Assembly: GCA_963816715.1 (NCBI GenBank)
Contig: CAWFMJ010000023.1
Location: 332,213-396,212, forward strand
DNA length: 64,000 bases
DNA from: an uncultured delta proteobacterium
Lineage (GTDB): Bacteria > Desulfobacterota > Syntrophorhabdia > Syntrophorhabdales > WCHB1-27
Direction: 5' to 3'
Below the pieces are notes generated by a model. It was not told the DNA's origin and did not search any database. It worked only from the letters and a program-made list of their open reading frames with translations. A program made the translations under genes and the position numbers. This document shows, piece by piece, positions 54,952-63,948 of the stretch. Within the stretch, counting starts at the first letter, position 1. The number at the start of each line of letters is the position of its first letter.

Positions 54952-56379
54952 CTAATGTCCGGCCGTCTTCCCCTTTGCCGCGAGCATCTCATCTATCTCC
55001 TTGTCTATCATGACGTACCTCAGTATGAACTCCTCGTCGGGGACGGAAGAGCCGATCCCCATGCTCTCTCTTATCTCTTTCGTGGTAAGCTCGGGGAACT
55101 CCCGGCTGAATACCTCTCTTGCCCGGGGACTTGCCGTGATCTTTTCCATCACGTCGGCCTTGATGGGTACGGGAGGCTGCCCGAACCATCCTGCCGCATA
55201 CTGGAGCACTCCTTCCGGCACCACCTTGTACCGCTGCCGGTTTATCACGTTCATCGTCGCCTGGGCGGCCACAAATTGCGACAACGGCGTCACCATGACG
55301 GGGTATCCCAACTCCTCCCGGACGCGAACGACCTCGTCCACGACCTCGGACAGGCGCATTTCCTGTTTCATTTCCATGAGCTGTCGCTTGAGAGTGGTCA
55401 TCATGCCGCCGGGGATTTGATGCTGATAGTAGTAAACGCTATGCTCGACCGGGGCGCCGATGGGATAGTTCCGGGAATGCGCGATGCCGCTCAGTTTTTC
55501 CGATATCTGTTCAAGGCATGAACGGTCTATGCGCGAGTAGGTCTTCTCTTTGCCCTGCGCCCATGAAGGCAGCAATTGGACCATCCTTCGGTCCGCTGAA
55601 GCTGCGTAGTCCATATGGGGAAGGTTGTCGAGGAGGTTGAGCGCCGAGGGAAGCGATGTCCCGTACGCAAGGGGCGGGATGGCCGTGTGGATTGTGTCGA
55701 CGCCCAATCGGATCGCTTCCAGGGCGCAGGCCGTCCCGAGCCCCGTGTTGCAGTGGGGGTGCAATTCGAGAGGCTTTCCGCCGGAGGCCTTCAAGAGTGC
55801 GGGCACGAGAGTGCGCACCCGCTCGGGCGTCAAGAGACCCCCCTGGTCCTTCAGATAAAGACCGTCCACATCGGGCGACGAGACGACGCCGGCGGCTATC
55901 TTGCCGTAATACTCGTCGGTGTGGACCGGGCTTATGGTGAAGCACAAGGCGCAGACCATCTCCTCTATTCCGGCGGCCTTGCACATTCTGGCCACCTTGT
56001 GGATCAAGGTCGCATCATGAGAGGCGTCAACGAGCCAGATCCGTCTTATGCCGTTTGCAGCGGCCCTTTCCACCACGAGGTTCAGCATGGAATCGGGCAG
56101 ACGCTTAAAACCGATGAAACGGCGTCCGCTCGTCCCCAGGCTGAGAGGCGTGTTCGGCATCGCCTTGACTCCCTGGCGGATTGCTTCCCACGGGTCTTCT
56201 TTATGGTAGCGCACATAAACGCCCATATGGGCGCTGCTCGTGAAGTCTATAGCCTTAAATCCCGCCGCGTCCAATGTCGGCGCCATCGATTTCATGTCCT
56301 CAGTGTTTACGCCTGTCGCCCCCCACAGACTCTGGTTGCCGTCCCTTAGACTGGTATCGATCAACCTTATTTCACCCAT
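54952..56379 (-). CDS. carboxyltransferase of the oxaloacetate decarboxylase alpha / transcarboxylase 5S type, no biotinyl domain
   Basis: ORF 54952..56412, likely starting at MGEIRLIDTSLRDGNQS. It has LYLKDQGGLLTP, LELHPHCNTGLG and the PYC_OADA-like part QHQIPGGMMTTLKRQL. It ends without an AMKM lipoyl-like domain. Confidence 0.8.
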   Translation of the reverse strand: MGEIRLIDTSLRDGNQSLWGATGVNTEDMKSMAPTLDAAGFKAIDFTSSAHMGVYVRYHKEDPWEAIRQGVKAMPNTPLSLGTSGRRFIGFKRLPDSMLNLVVERAAANGIRRIWLVDASHDATLIHKVARMCKAAGIEEMVCALCFTISPVHTDEYYGKIAAGVVSSPDVDGLYLKDQGGLLTPERVRTLVPALLKASGGKPLELHPHCNTGLGTACALEAIRLGVDTIHTAIPPLAYGTSLPSALNLLDNLPHMDYAASADRRMVQLLPSWAQGKEKTYSRIDRSCLEQISEKLSGIAHSRNYPIGAPVEHSVYYYQHQIPGGMMTTLKRQLMEMKQEMRLSEVVDEVVRVREELGYPVMVTPLSQFVAAQATMNVINRQRYKVVPEGVLQYAAGWFGQPPVPIKADVMEKITASPRAREVFSREFPELTTKEIRESMGIGSSVPDEEFILRYVMIDKEIDEMLAAKGKTAGH

Positions 56380-56458
56380 TGGCGCCCCCCCTTTGCCTAG
56401 CATTTCCTGCAATTGACAGAGAACCGTTTTTCACCATTATGACCGAGGCTTAGGGGAC

Positions 56459-56494
56459 GTTCAACTCAAAGTTTCTTATGAATTTATAAGGTTC
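56459..56494 (+). promoter_or_regulatory. conserved palindromic box C
   Basis: GTTCAACTCAAAGTTTCTTATGAATTTATAAGGTTC. The core is at 56475-56490, between the divergent carboxyltransferase and ubiX genes. Confidence 0.55.
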
Positions 56495-56705
56495 TCGACA
56501 TAATGCTTCACCGTTCCCTCATCCGGGATGCGCGCGGAGAAATGGAAGAATGGGAAGATTGGCCGGAGGGACGTGTTGATTGCAGGCAGGTTTTGTCTGA
56601 TAATAGCTGAATGGCCCAGAACACGGGGTAGGGCGGTCGGCATGCGAGAAGGCAGCGGAATGGGTCCTGGCACAGTCTCCCGTAAAGGGATAGAGGGGGC
56701 TAAGA

Positions 56706-57287
56706 TTGAAAAGAATGATCATTGGCATAACCGGGGCGTCAGGGGCGATATACGGCGTAAGAATCCTCGAGGTCCTCTCGGGGCTGGGTGTTGAGACGCA
56801 TGTGGCGGTAACGGCGCCCGCCGCGAAGACCCTGTCAATTGAAACGAAATACACGCTTTCGCACGTCGAGTCTTTCGCTTCATATACCTACGACGTTGCA
56901 GATGTCGGCGCCCCGATAGCCAGCGGTTCGTATCCGGTAGATGGTATGATCATAGCGCCTTGCTCGGTGAAGACCCTTTCGGCTATTGCCAATTCCTACG
57001 CCGACAACCTTCTCTCCCGTGCGGCGGACGTGACGCTCAAGGAAAGGCGAAGGCTTGTTCTTCTGGTGAGAGAGACGCCCCTGCACGAGGGGCATATTGA
57101 ATTGATGGCGAAAGTGACCCGGATGGGCGGCATAATCATGCCGCCCATCCCTGCATTCTACCATCTGCCCAAGACAATAGACGACCTCATTAACCACACC
57201 GTCGGCAAGGCTCTCGACCTCTTCGGAATTGATGCACGCCTGTTCAAAAGGTGGGGGGTCGAAGACAAAGGAGAGGGTTCCCCATAA
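56706..57287 (+). CDS. ubiX: flavin prenyltransferase UbiX
   Basis: 193 aa with MIIGITGASGAIYGVRILEVL, MIIAPCSVKTLSAIANSYADNLLSRAADV and LVLLVRETPLH. The real start may be the ATG at 56715. Confidence 0.9.
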   Translation: MKRMIIGITGASGAIYGVRILEVLSGLGVETHVAVTAPAAKTLSIETKYTLSHVESFASYTYDVADVGAPIASGSYPVDGMIIAPCSVKTLSAIANSYADNLLSRAADVTLKERRRLVLLVRETPLHEGHIELMAKVTRMGGIIMPPIPAFYHLPKTIDDLINHTVGKALDLFGIDARLFKRWGVEDKGEGSP

Positions 57288-57304
57288 AAGGGAGTGTTGC
57301 ATTT

Positions 57305-57348
57305 CAAGGGTTCCTCCAGGCGGTGCATAAAACCTGGAGGAACCCTTG
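57305..57348. terminator. perfect 16-bp hairpin between convergent genes
   Basis: CAAGGGTTCCTCCAGG (57305-57320), a 12-nt loop, then CCTGGAGGAACCCTTG (57333-57348). It lies between the ubiX stop and the 57452 stop. Confidence 0.6.
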
Positions 57349-57451
57349 TCATATCTGTTTAAACGAAACGGATGCCGCCGTTGTCGCCCCCCCCCGGCCG
57401 ACCCGGAACGCATTGTCAGGCAAACGCGCTTTCTGCAATGAATCTGCCCGC

Positions 57452-58648
57452 TCAGGGAATGCGCTCCACGTTCACCCATCCGCCATACTCCACCTTTCCT
57501 TTCACCAGTTTTTGATAGGGAAGAGGATGGGATATGGCGTGATGCTTCAGTCCGTACGTCACATCGCCGCCGAACTCGCACGTGCCGAACAGACAGTCAA
57601 CCTTGTCCATACTCTCCCACTTGGCCTTCACGACCGTTGGGTCGAGGCTGTTCGCCGCCTGGATGACCCGTGAAAGCACCCAGAGCCCGTTGGGGTTGAA
57701 CAGGAAGAAGGGGAGTTTTTTGCCGTTCTTGTCAAAGGCCTCGTCCATGAGCGCGGGATTTCCCTTTGCATGAGGCGTAAGACCCAGGCAGGTGATGTTG
57801 TCGGCCGCTGCTTTGCCGGAGACGGCCATAATCACTTGCGCCGGGGTAAGACATTGCAGGATGATTGGCTTGTGGTTCCCTAATTCCCTTAGGCCTTTCG
57901 CGATATTGCCGTGATGGACCGGCGTCCCATTGAGAATGAAAAGTGCATCGGCGCCCTTGATGGCGTTGATCTTTGCCGCTATGGGGCTGTAGTCTTCGGC
58001 CTCGCTGGGAAACGTGACGGTGTCGCCGACGATGGCGTAGCCGAGGTCCGCGATCATCTTCTTGACGATAGGCACGAGGTACGGCACTGACCCGTCGTCA
58101 GTGGCGGCCAGAGCCAACGTCTTCACCGTGGGATACTCCTTTTTCAGCACCTTCCAGGAGGCGATGCATGTTCCTATGCTGGCGTCGAAGCCGAGAAAGC
58201 CGTAAGGCGTGCTCTTGTCCACTTCTCCGGGCTGGTTGCTGCAGTAGCCCGAAACGTGGAGCACCTTATTCTGCTCGAAAATCGGGGAGGAGCCGGTGGA
58301 GAAGAAACCCGTCGGCCCGACCACGAATTTCACCTTGTGGTCGTAGACGAGCTTGTTGGCGCCTGCCGCAATGCCGTCCAGCGTGCTCTTTCCGTCTTCA
58401 CCCACCAGCTCTATGTTGTACCTCTGGCCCTGGACGGTAATGCCGCCTTTCTCGTTGATCATCTCGGCCACGGCTTTCACGTGGCCTTCTTCGACGGCGT
58501 CAAAAACGGAATACCACCCGCTCACGCATAGCAGATAGCCTATCTTCAACGTCTTTGGAGCGGCCTTCTGCTGCGCCGCTCCGAGAGGGGGCAACAGCAG
58601 AATAAGCGCAACAACCGCTGCTATGCCCAAAACGAGAACCGACGACAT
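57452..58648 (-). CDS. ABC transporter substrate-binding protein (LivK-type fold)
   Basis: ORF trimmed to MSSVLVLGIAAVVALILLLPPLGAAQQ (a signal peptide), followed by KIGYLLCVSGWYS...INEKGGITVQGQRY. Confidence 0.85.
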   Translation of the reverse strand: MSSVLVLGIAAVVALILLLPPLGAAQQKAAPKTLKIGYLLCVSGWYSVFDAVEEGHVKAVAEMINEKGGITVQGQRYNIELVGEDGKSTLDGIAAGANKLVYDHKVKFVVGPTGFFSTGSSPIFEQNKVLHVSGYCSNQPGEVDKSTPYGFLGFDASIGTCIASWKVLKKEYPTVKTLALAATDDGSVPYLVPIVKKMIADLGYAIVGDTVTFPSEAEDYSPIAAKINAIKGADALFILNGTPVHHGNIAKGLRELGNHKPIILQCLTPAQVIMAVSGKAAADNITCLGLTPHAKGNPALMDEAFDKNGKKLPFFLFNPNGLWVLSRVIQAANSLDPTVVKAKWESMDKVDCLFGTCEFGGDVTYGLKHHAISHPLPYQKLVKGKVEYGGWVNVERIP

Positions 58649-58897
58649 TGCCCGTACTTTGTCCCTGCCTTTTTCGCCTCTCATCCTCTTCCTCCTTTTT
58701 TGTGCACCTTCGATCTTTTCCCGCCTCCTTCATCCAATGACCCGGCGCTGCTCCTCAGCCTTGCCCTCCCTCCACAACTTGTATACAAGCAATGGCAGGC
58801 AAGCCGTTCTTTGCCCCAAAACGATACTCGAAAGGCCTTAGCGTCATTTCTTCACGTCACCGTGTCGGATCCCGGCGCGTCCGAAGGTATTGCCGGC

Positions 58898-59989
58898 CTA
58901 TCCCGGGAACATAACGACGTTCTTGAGCGCCTCCCCCTTTTCGGCAGAGGCAAAGGCTTCATTGATCTTTTCGAGAGGATAGCGGCCGGAAATAAGCTCG
59001 TCGAGTTTGATCCGTCCCGTTTTATAGAGGTTCACCATCTTCGGTATATCTACCTGCAGGTTGATGGAGCCGTTGAAAGCGCCGGTGATCACCCGTTCCG
59101 ACATCATGACGAGGTCGAATATGGAGATGGCTATGGTAGGGGTTGCCAGGGGCGGCAGTCCGAGAATGACGGTCATGCCGCGCCGCGCCGACATCTTGAA
59201 GGCGTTCTCTACGACTTCGGGGATGCCGACCGAGACAAAGACGTAATCGGCCCCGCGGCCATCCGTCAGCTCTTTCACCACGGCCGCCGGGTCTTCCTTG
59301 CTTGAATTGACAATATGGGTAGCGCCGAAGAGGCGGGCCGCTTCCAGTTTCTTATCGGCTATGTCGACGGCAATGATCGGGTCGGCGCCGACGAAGGCAG
59401 CGCCCTGAAGACAGTTGAGCCCGAGACCGCCGGCGCCGATCACTACGACGCTGCTCATGGGCTTCACCCGGGCGCGGTTCAGGACGGCGAGGAACCCCGT
59501 GGTGGCGCCGCAGGCCAGGAGCGCAGCCCGGTCAAAAGGCATATCCGGGGGGATGATGACCGCCTGCGATTCGTGAGCATTGATATATTCGGCAAAACCG
59601 GCATAGTTGGCCATTCTCGAAAACCGCTCGCCCGCTTTGTTGTAGAGAGGGCTCAACGCCGGCGGCTCTTGCGCGATGCACAGGTGGGGAAGCCCCGTTC
59701 TGCAATAGAAGCACTTCCCGCATGATTTTATGAGAGAGACGATCACGCGGTCTCCGGGCTTTATCGATTTGACCTGTTTCCCGACTTCTTCGACAATGCC
59801 GGCAGATTCGTGACCGGCGATGAGGGGAAGCGGGTCGAAGCAGATCTCGCCCTTGATCGTGTGGACATCGCTATGACAAATGGAGGTTGCCGCGACGCGG
59901 ACCCTTGCCTCCTGTTCCTTTGGAGGCTCCAATTCCACTTCTTCTATGGTCAAAGGTTTGCCGAATTCCCGAAGCACCGCAGCTTTCAT
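58898..59989 (-). CDS. zinc-dependent alcohol dehydrogenase (MDR family)
   Basis: 363 aa with ICHSDVH, GHESAGIVEEVG, the structural-zinc Cys cluster CGKCFYCRTGLPHLC and VIGAGGLG. Confidence 0.9.
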   Translation of the reverse strand: MKAAVLREFGKPLTIEEVELEPPKEQEARVRVAATSICHSDVHTIKGEICFDPLPLIAGHESAGIVEEVGKQVKSIKPGDRVIVSLIKSCGKCFYCRTGLPHLCIAQEPPALSPLYNKAGERFSRMANYAGFAEYINAHESQAVIIPPDMPFDRAALLACGATTGFLAVLNRARVKPMSSVVVIGAGGLGLNCLQGAAFVGADPIIAVDIADKKLEAARLFGATHIVNSSKEDPAAVVKELTDGRGADYVFVSVGIPEVVENAFKMSARRGMTVILGLPPLATPTIAISIFDLVMMSERVITGAFNGSINLQVDIPKMVNLYKTGRIKLDELISGRYPLEKINEAFASAEKGEALKNVVMFPG

Positions 59990-60011
59990 AGCAACCTCCC
60001 CGTTCGACCGA

Positions 60012-61997
60012 TCACAATTCCACGACGGCGTTGAAAGCCTCGTGGGTAGCAGCCGCCAGGCTTCGGGGACGCAAGCAATCGCCGACCACGAAGACCTCCG
60101 TTTCGGGGATGAGTCTCCTCAGCTCCGCTACTTTTTCTCTGCGGGCCCTCATGCCGGCAGCCAAGACGACGGTATCGGCCGGGTATTCCATTTCCCGGAA
60201 CGAGCTGGTGATGGTTTGCACGCCGGAGTCGGTGATCGCCTGCATCCTCGTATTGACGACGACCTTGACGCCATTCTCCTTGAGCAACTCGAACAAACCG
60301 GTCACCGCGATAGGCGAACCCTCTTTCCCGAGCGATTCGGCTGCCTGCATCTCCAGGATGGTCACCGTCTTCCCCTGGCGGGCGAGAGCCAGGGCCGATT
60401 CTCCGCCGGTAATGCCCGCGCCGATGACGACGACGTTCTTGCCCACCTCGACCTTTCCGCCGTCCACATCGCCTGCCCAGTGCACGTTCGGCCTGTCGAT
60501 GCCCGGCACTTTGGGGATGAAAGGAACAGCGCCGATGGCGATGATCAGGGCGTCGGGATTCACCTCGTTGACCGTCGCGGCGGTGACTTCCGTCCCGTAC
60601 GTGATCGTTGCCCCGCAGTTTTCCGTCTGGCCGACGAGCCAGTCGAGGAACTTCTTCAGGTCGCCCTTGAAGGGCAGCTTGGAGCCGATTTCGAGCATGC
60701 CGCCCAGATGGTCCGTCATTTCGTACAGGACAACGTCGTGCCCTCGTTTCATGCCGGTCAAAGCGGCCTGCATGCCTCCCGGACCTCCGCCGACGATCAT
60801 GATTCTTTTCTTTTTGTCGGCTTTGGCAATCGAATGCTCTGTCGGGTATTCTACCCCCCTTGCGGCAATGGGGTTAACGGAGCAGCGGGTAGGAAGGAAC
60901 GTGTGTCTGGGCCTGCCGGCGCACCAGTTGCACCGTATGCAAGGACGGACTTCTTTCTGTTGCCCGGCCAGGGATTTGCGCATGAGATCAGCATCGGCGA
61001 TGAAAGGACGGCCCAGGGCGACGAAGTCGGCCCATCCTTCGGCGAGGATCTTTTCGGCATTCTCCAGCGTCAATATCGATCCAACGGTGGTGACGAGGAG
61101 GTTCGTCTGCTTCTTTGCCATCTCCGCGTAGTGGACGTTGTACATATGCGGCATGTACAGGGGCTGGATCATATGATGGGCGAGGGAGGGAATGGACAGC
61201 AGGCCGGCGGAGACATGGACGATGTCGATCTTATCCTCGATCATTTTGAGGAATTCGATCACCTCGGCAGGCCGGAGACCCCCCTCGATTTTCTCGTCGA
61301 GGCTTATGCGGTACTCGATGATCAGATCGTTGCCGCACTTCTTGCGGATGGCTTCGAGCACGGCGAGGGGAAAACGCGCCCGTTTCTCGAGGCTGCCTCC
61401 CCACCGATCGGTCCTGTTATTCCACAGAGGAGAGAGAAACTGGGCGAGGATGTGGCCGTGGGCGCCGTGGAGCATAACCATTTTGAAGTTTGCCGACTTG
61501 CAGCGGCAGGCCGCCTCCGCAAAGGCCTCGATCGTTTCGGCGATGTCGTCCGGCGTCATCTCTTTCGCCTCGGTAGGCATCCTCCCTTCAAGGAGCGCTG
61601 CCTGCTCTTCGAGCCCGCTCGGTATGCGGGAAGCGCCGAGAGGCCGCTGACCCTTCACGAAGGTGTTGTGACCGCCGTGATTCAGCTCGATCGATGCAAC
61701 GGCGCCGTAGCGCGTGATTCCTTCGTAAAGTTTGTTGAGGCCGGGAATGGCGCCGTCCGTGGAGAGGTTCAACTGGCCTTCGTGGTTCTTGCCGGGGAGG
61801 TTGATCCCCGAGTCGCCCACGGTGACGATGGCCGGGCCTCCCCGGGCGAAGGCACGGTGATATGCTAAAAGCTCCGGCGTTGCCTGGCCATCCGCGCTGG
61901 CGAGAAAGGGAAGGGTAGGGGGGGTCTCGATGCGGTTCTTGAAGTCGATCCCCTTTATCGTGATGGGGGTGAATACGTGCTCGTAGCTGTGCGCCAT
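60012..61997 (-). CDS. Old-Yellow-Enzyme family FMN/[4Fe-4S]/FAD oxidoreductase (second copy)
   Basis: ORF 60012..62087 trimmed to the ATG at 61995-61997 (MAHSYEHVFTPITIKGIDFKNRI), which has GGAGGAG upstream. It has RPCIRCNWC, IMIVGGGPGGMQ and VVVIGAGITGGE. Confidence 0.9.
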   Translation of the reverse strand: MAHSYEHVFTPITIKGIDFKNRIETPPTLPFLASADGQATPELLAYHRAFARGGPAIVTVGDSGINLPGKNHEGQLNLSTDGAIPGLNKLYEGITRYGAVASIELNHGGHNTFVKGQRPLGASRIPSGLEEQAALLEGRMPTEAKEMTPDDIAETIEAFAEAACRCKSANFKMVMLHGAHGHILAQFLSPLWNNRTDRWGGSLEKRARFPLAVLEAIRKKCGNDLIIEYRISLDEKIEGGLRPAEVIEFLKMIEDKIDIVHVSAGLLSIPSLAHHMIQPLYMPHMYNVHYAEMAKKQTNLLVTTVGSILTLENAEKILAEGWADFVALGRPFIADADLMRKSLAGQQKEVRPCIRCNWCAGRPRHTFLPTRCSVNPIAARGVEYPTEHSIAKADKKKRIMIVGGGPGGMQAALTGMKRGHDVVLYEMTDHLGGMLEIGSKLPFKGDLKKFLDWLVGQTENCGATITYGTEVTAATVNEVNPDALIIAIGAVPFIPKVPGIDRPNVHWAGDVDGGKVEVGKNVVVIGAGITGGESALALARQGKTVTILEMQAAESLGKEGSPIAVTGLFELLKENGVKVVVNTRMQAITDSGVQTITSSFREMEYPADTVVLAAGMRARREKVAELRRLIPETEVFVVGDCLRPRSLAAATHEAFNAVVEL

Positions 61998-62043
61998 GGT
62001 GAAAAGCTCCTCCTTCGTCACTAACGGTTGGTGCGGTAGGAGA

Positions 62044-63948
62044 TCAGGAAATAAGGGTTCCTTCCCTGACGGCCCGGTCGGAACCAATGGCCCTCGTTTT
62101 TGACCGTCTCCAATGCGACCTGATCATTTCCGGGATGCCGACGAGGCCGTCGGGCATGCCATAAACGACGATAATGAGAATGATCGCCGAAATGTACGGA
62201 ACAAACTGCTTGAGGCCGCGGAAGATCTCGGGCACGACGATCAGCAGGGCCGTGCCGAGGATCGGGCCGACAAAACTGTTCAAACCTCCGATCAATACGT
62301 ACATGAAGAGCCACAGCGTTGCGTTGAGGTTGAAGCTCGTGTAGGAGATGGTGAGGTTGTAGTGCGCATAGAGCGCGCCGGCAATGCCGACAAAGAAACA
62401 ACCTATCGCGACGGCAAGGACCCGATACCGCGCTTCGTTGATGCCGACGCTCGACGCGAGGAGATGAGATTGGGAAACGGCCTTCAGGTTCGTCCCGATG
62501 CGGGAAAATTCGAACCGGTAAATCATGGCGAGGCAAAGGGCGGTTATCCCGAGAAAAAAGTAGTAGTAGACGCGCTTTGGAGCGAGCAGCAGGGGGGTGA
62601 CGCCGGAAAGGCCGCTGTAGCTTCCCGTCCATATGCCGAAAGTAAAAATGAAATAGAGAATGCCGGACCCGAAGAAAAGGCATACCATTGCGTAATAAAG
62701 CGCCCTCAGCCGGGCGAAGGGATAGCCTATCAGTACGCCGATCAACATCGAGACGACCCCGCCTAGGGGAACGGTGATCCAGACCGGCCAACCCAGCCAC
62801 TTTGCGGGTATGGCGGCGGCGTATGCCCCGATGCCCATGAAAGCGGCATGAGCGAGCGGCATCTGGCCCGAGGTTGTAACCAGGCGCAGGCTGGAGGTGG
62901 CGATCATATAGATCAGGGCCAGGATAAAGACGTGGAGCATATACGTTTTTTTCACGAGGAGCGGCAGAAATATAAGAAATGCGACCACAACCAAAACTCC
63001 GACGACCTTCTTGAGATTGATTTTCCCTTCCTTGGAGCTTGCTTCGCTGACGATGTGGCCGTGCCGTTCTTCCATCTGCAGCTCACGGCCGAAAAACCCT
63101 TGGGGTCTGAAGAGAAGAATGAGCACGATCAGGCCGAGCGTGATCGCCTCGCTGCCCGCGCCGCTGACGAACAGAGGCACCGTGGCGTCCAACGCGCCGA
63201 GGACCAGGCCGGAGAAGAAGACCCCCCCGATGCTGCCCAGGCCGCCCAGGATAACGATGACAATTGCTTTCAGGAGAATATAATCGCCCATGAAGGCGTT
63301 GAGGTTCAGGTAGGCCGCCATCAGACACCCGGCAACCGCCGCCAGCCCGCAGGCGATGACGGAAGCGAGGGCGGAAATGCGGTGAACGTGAATGCCTTGC
63401 AGGAGGGCGCCCACGCGGTTTTGACCGACAGCCATCATCTGTTGGCCGGGTTTCGTCTTGTTGATGAACAACAGGGTCGCGGCGAGGAGAGCCGCGCCGA
63501 TGGCGAAGGTGACCACCCGTTCGGCGCTCACCATGGTGAGGCCGAGGTTCACGGAGCCATCGGCCAACGTCGGCACTTTTTGGACGCTGATCCCTATGGC
63601 GAGATTCACCGAGGTCTGGATAATGACCGAGATGGCGATGCAGATCACGATGACCCGGTTCATGTCGTCCCGCAAAGGGCGAAAACAGAAGCGTTCGAGG
63701 ACTATGCCGAATGCCGCGACGATTGCCACGGAGAACAGCAGGGCCCACCAGACGTTGATTCCCCAAACGACCGCGATCTGGTAGGCTATGTAGCCTCCCA
63801 TCATGTAAATAACGCCGTGAGCCAGGTTGAGGATGCCGAGAATATTGACGAGAAAAGCAAAACCGAGGGCCACCAATATGTACATGGACGATATGGCAAG
63901 CCAGTTAACGATTGTTGTTGCGACTAGTTCCCATAACCCGCCTCTCAT
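62044..63948 (-). CDS. fused LivH-LivM type ABC transporter permease
   Basis: 634 aa. The first ~290 aa are LivH-like (ISSMYILVALGFAFLVNILGILNLAHG). After a charged linker (ELQMEERHGHIVSEASSKEGK) comes a LivM-like half (SGQMPLAHAAFMGIGAYAA). Confidence 0.85.
   Translation of the reverse strand: MRGGLWELVATTIVNWLAISSMYILVALGFAFLVNILGILNLAHGVIYMMGGYIAYQIAVVWGINVWWALLFSVAIVAAFGIVLERFCFRPLRDDMNRVIVICIAISVIIQTSVNLAIGISVQKVPTLADGSVNLGLTMVSAERVVTFAIGAALLAATLLFINKTKPGQQMMAVGQNRVGALLQGIHVHRISALASVIACGLAAVAGCLMAAYLNLNAFMGDYILLKAIVIVILGGLGSIGGVFFSGLVLGALDATVPLFVSGAGSEAITLGLIVLILLFRPQGFFGRELQMEERHGHIVSEASSKEGKINLKKVVGVLVVVAFLIFLPLLVKKTYMLHVFILALIYMIATSSLRLVTTSGQMPLAHAAFMGIGAYAAAIPAKWLGWPVWITVPLGGVVSMLIGVLIGYPFARLRALYYAMVCLFFGSGILYFIFTFGIWTGSYSGLSGVTPLLLAPKRVYYYFFLGITALCLAMIYRFEFSRIGTNLKAVSQSHLLASSVGINEARYRVLAVAIGCFFVGIAGALYAHYNLTISYTSFNLNATLWLFMYVLIGGLNSFVGPILGTALLIVVPEIFRGLKQFVPYISAIILIIVVYGMPDGLVGIPEMIRSHWRRSKTRAIGSDRAVREGTLIS

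Noticed and set aside
59880-61868. 662-aa plus-strand ORF (similar long antisense ORFs at 45906..47045 and 62848..63927)
   Set aside because: All lie antisense to strongly supported genes (OYE reductase, PpsA-like, fused permease). They show the Arg/Gly/Asp-rich composition of GC-rich antisense frames.
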